From assembly GCA_037142675.1 (NCBI GenBank), contig JBAXAF010000002.1, positions 13,300 to 77,299 of the forward strand: a stretch of 64,000 bases of DNA. Reading direction: 5' to 3'. This stretch comes from Candidatus Berkelbacteria bacterium (GTDB taxonomy: Bacteria; Patescibacteriota; UBA1384; XYA2-FULL-43-10; CAINNR01). The position numbers and the translations under genes are program-made. A model generated the notes under the pieces. The model was not told where the DNA came from, did no database searches, and saw nothing but the letters and a program-made list of their open reading frames with translations. This document shows, in pieces, positions 63,809 to 64,000 of this stretch; position 1 is the stretch's first letter, and the number at the start of each line of letters is the position of its first letter.

Positions 63809-64000
63809 TTAAAAAAGTATCTGTTTTTTACCATCGGAAACTTTTGATTTGCCCAAATGTTGATACGCCCCAGGAGTGGCGACTCGTCCGCGAGGCGTCC
63901 GGTCAATGAAGCCTAGCCGCATTAAATATGGCTCAATAACGTCTTCTATTGTATCGCGGTCCTCAGAAGTCGCTGCTGCCAAGGCATCAAGTCCAACCGG
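63809..64000 (-). CDS. ruvB: Holliday junction helicase RuvB (C-terminal fragment; gene continues beyond window)
   Basis: translated tail [28 protein letters not shown] matches RuvB C-terminal winged helix. Confidence 0.75.
   Translation of the reverse strand, partial: PVGLDALAAATSEDRDTIEDVIEPYLMRLGFIDRTPRGRVATPGAYQHLGKSKVSDGKKQILF

Overview
AT-rich genome (about 35% GC) with small genes, membrane-anchored proteins, a type IV pilus operon with embedded two-component signalling, and no rRNA in the window; it looks like a CPR/Patescibacteria-type bacterium. Housekeeping genes are present throughout (GT2 glycosyltransferase, pgi, HIT, xth, SPFH, rsmH, J-domain protein, dnaK, ppdK, grpE, comEC, parvulin PPIase, LCP, tsaB/tsaE, queA/queH, partial ruvB). 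Between tRNA-Glu (~20.3 kb) and tRNA-Tyr (~36.0 kb) sits an accessory block: an XRE regulator, a PLD/HKD nuclease interrupted by an in-frame TAG inside its catalytic motif, a MacB/LolCDE-like ABC pair, a 1189-aa FN3-like surface protein, a complete diversity-generating retroelement (DGR), a Fic protein, an AbiEii-like nucleotidyltransferase pair, a replication-relaxation-like protein and a large serine recombinase whose ORF runs antisense across tRNA-Tyr. The DGR has a target gene with a C-terminal DUF1566/C-type-lectin variable repeat (VR), avd, a template repeat (TR) and the reverse transcriptase. Every TR/VR mismatch sits at a TR adenine on the coding strand. The most unusual feature is that the DGR reverse transcriptase is split by a MITE-like insertion plus a (CT)20 dinucleotide tract. 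Loss of one CT unit would restore a single reading frame, which suggests slipped-strand phase variation of the retroelement. A second (CT)14 tract with the same CTCGAGTTC flank lies in the target-gene promoter region. Other points: a family of at least five TGTCATTGCGAG...CTCGCAATGACA palindromic MITE-like repeats plus related double-hairpin elements; a tRNA-like gene with a ~50-nt hairpin inserted in its anticodon loop; several short GC-rich islets, one next to tRNA-Asp with a partial tRNA 3'-end duplication; tandem pilin genes sharing an identical 126-bp 5' region; and a ~350-bp GC-rich noncoding block between grpE and comEC that may be a structured RNA.
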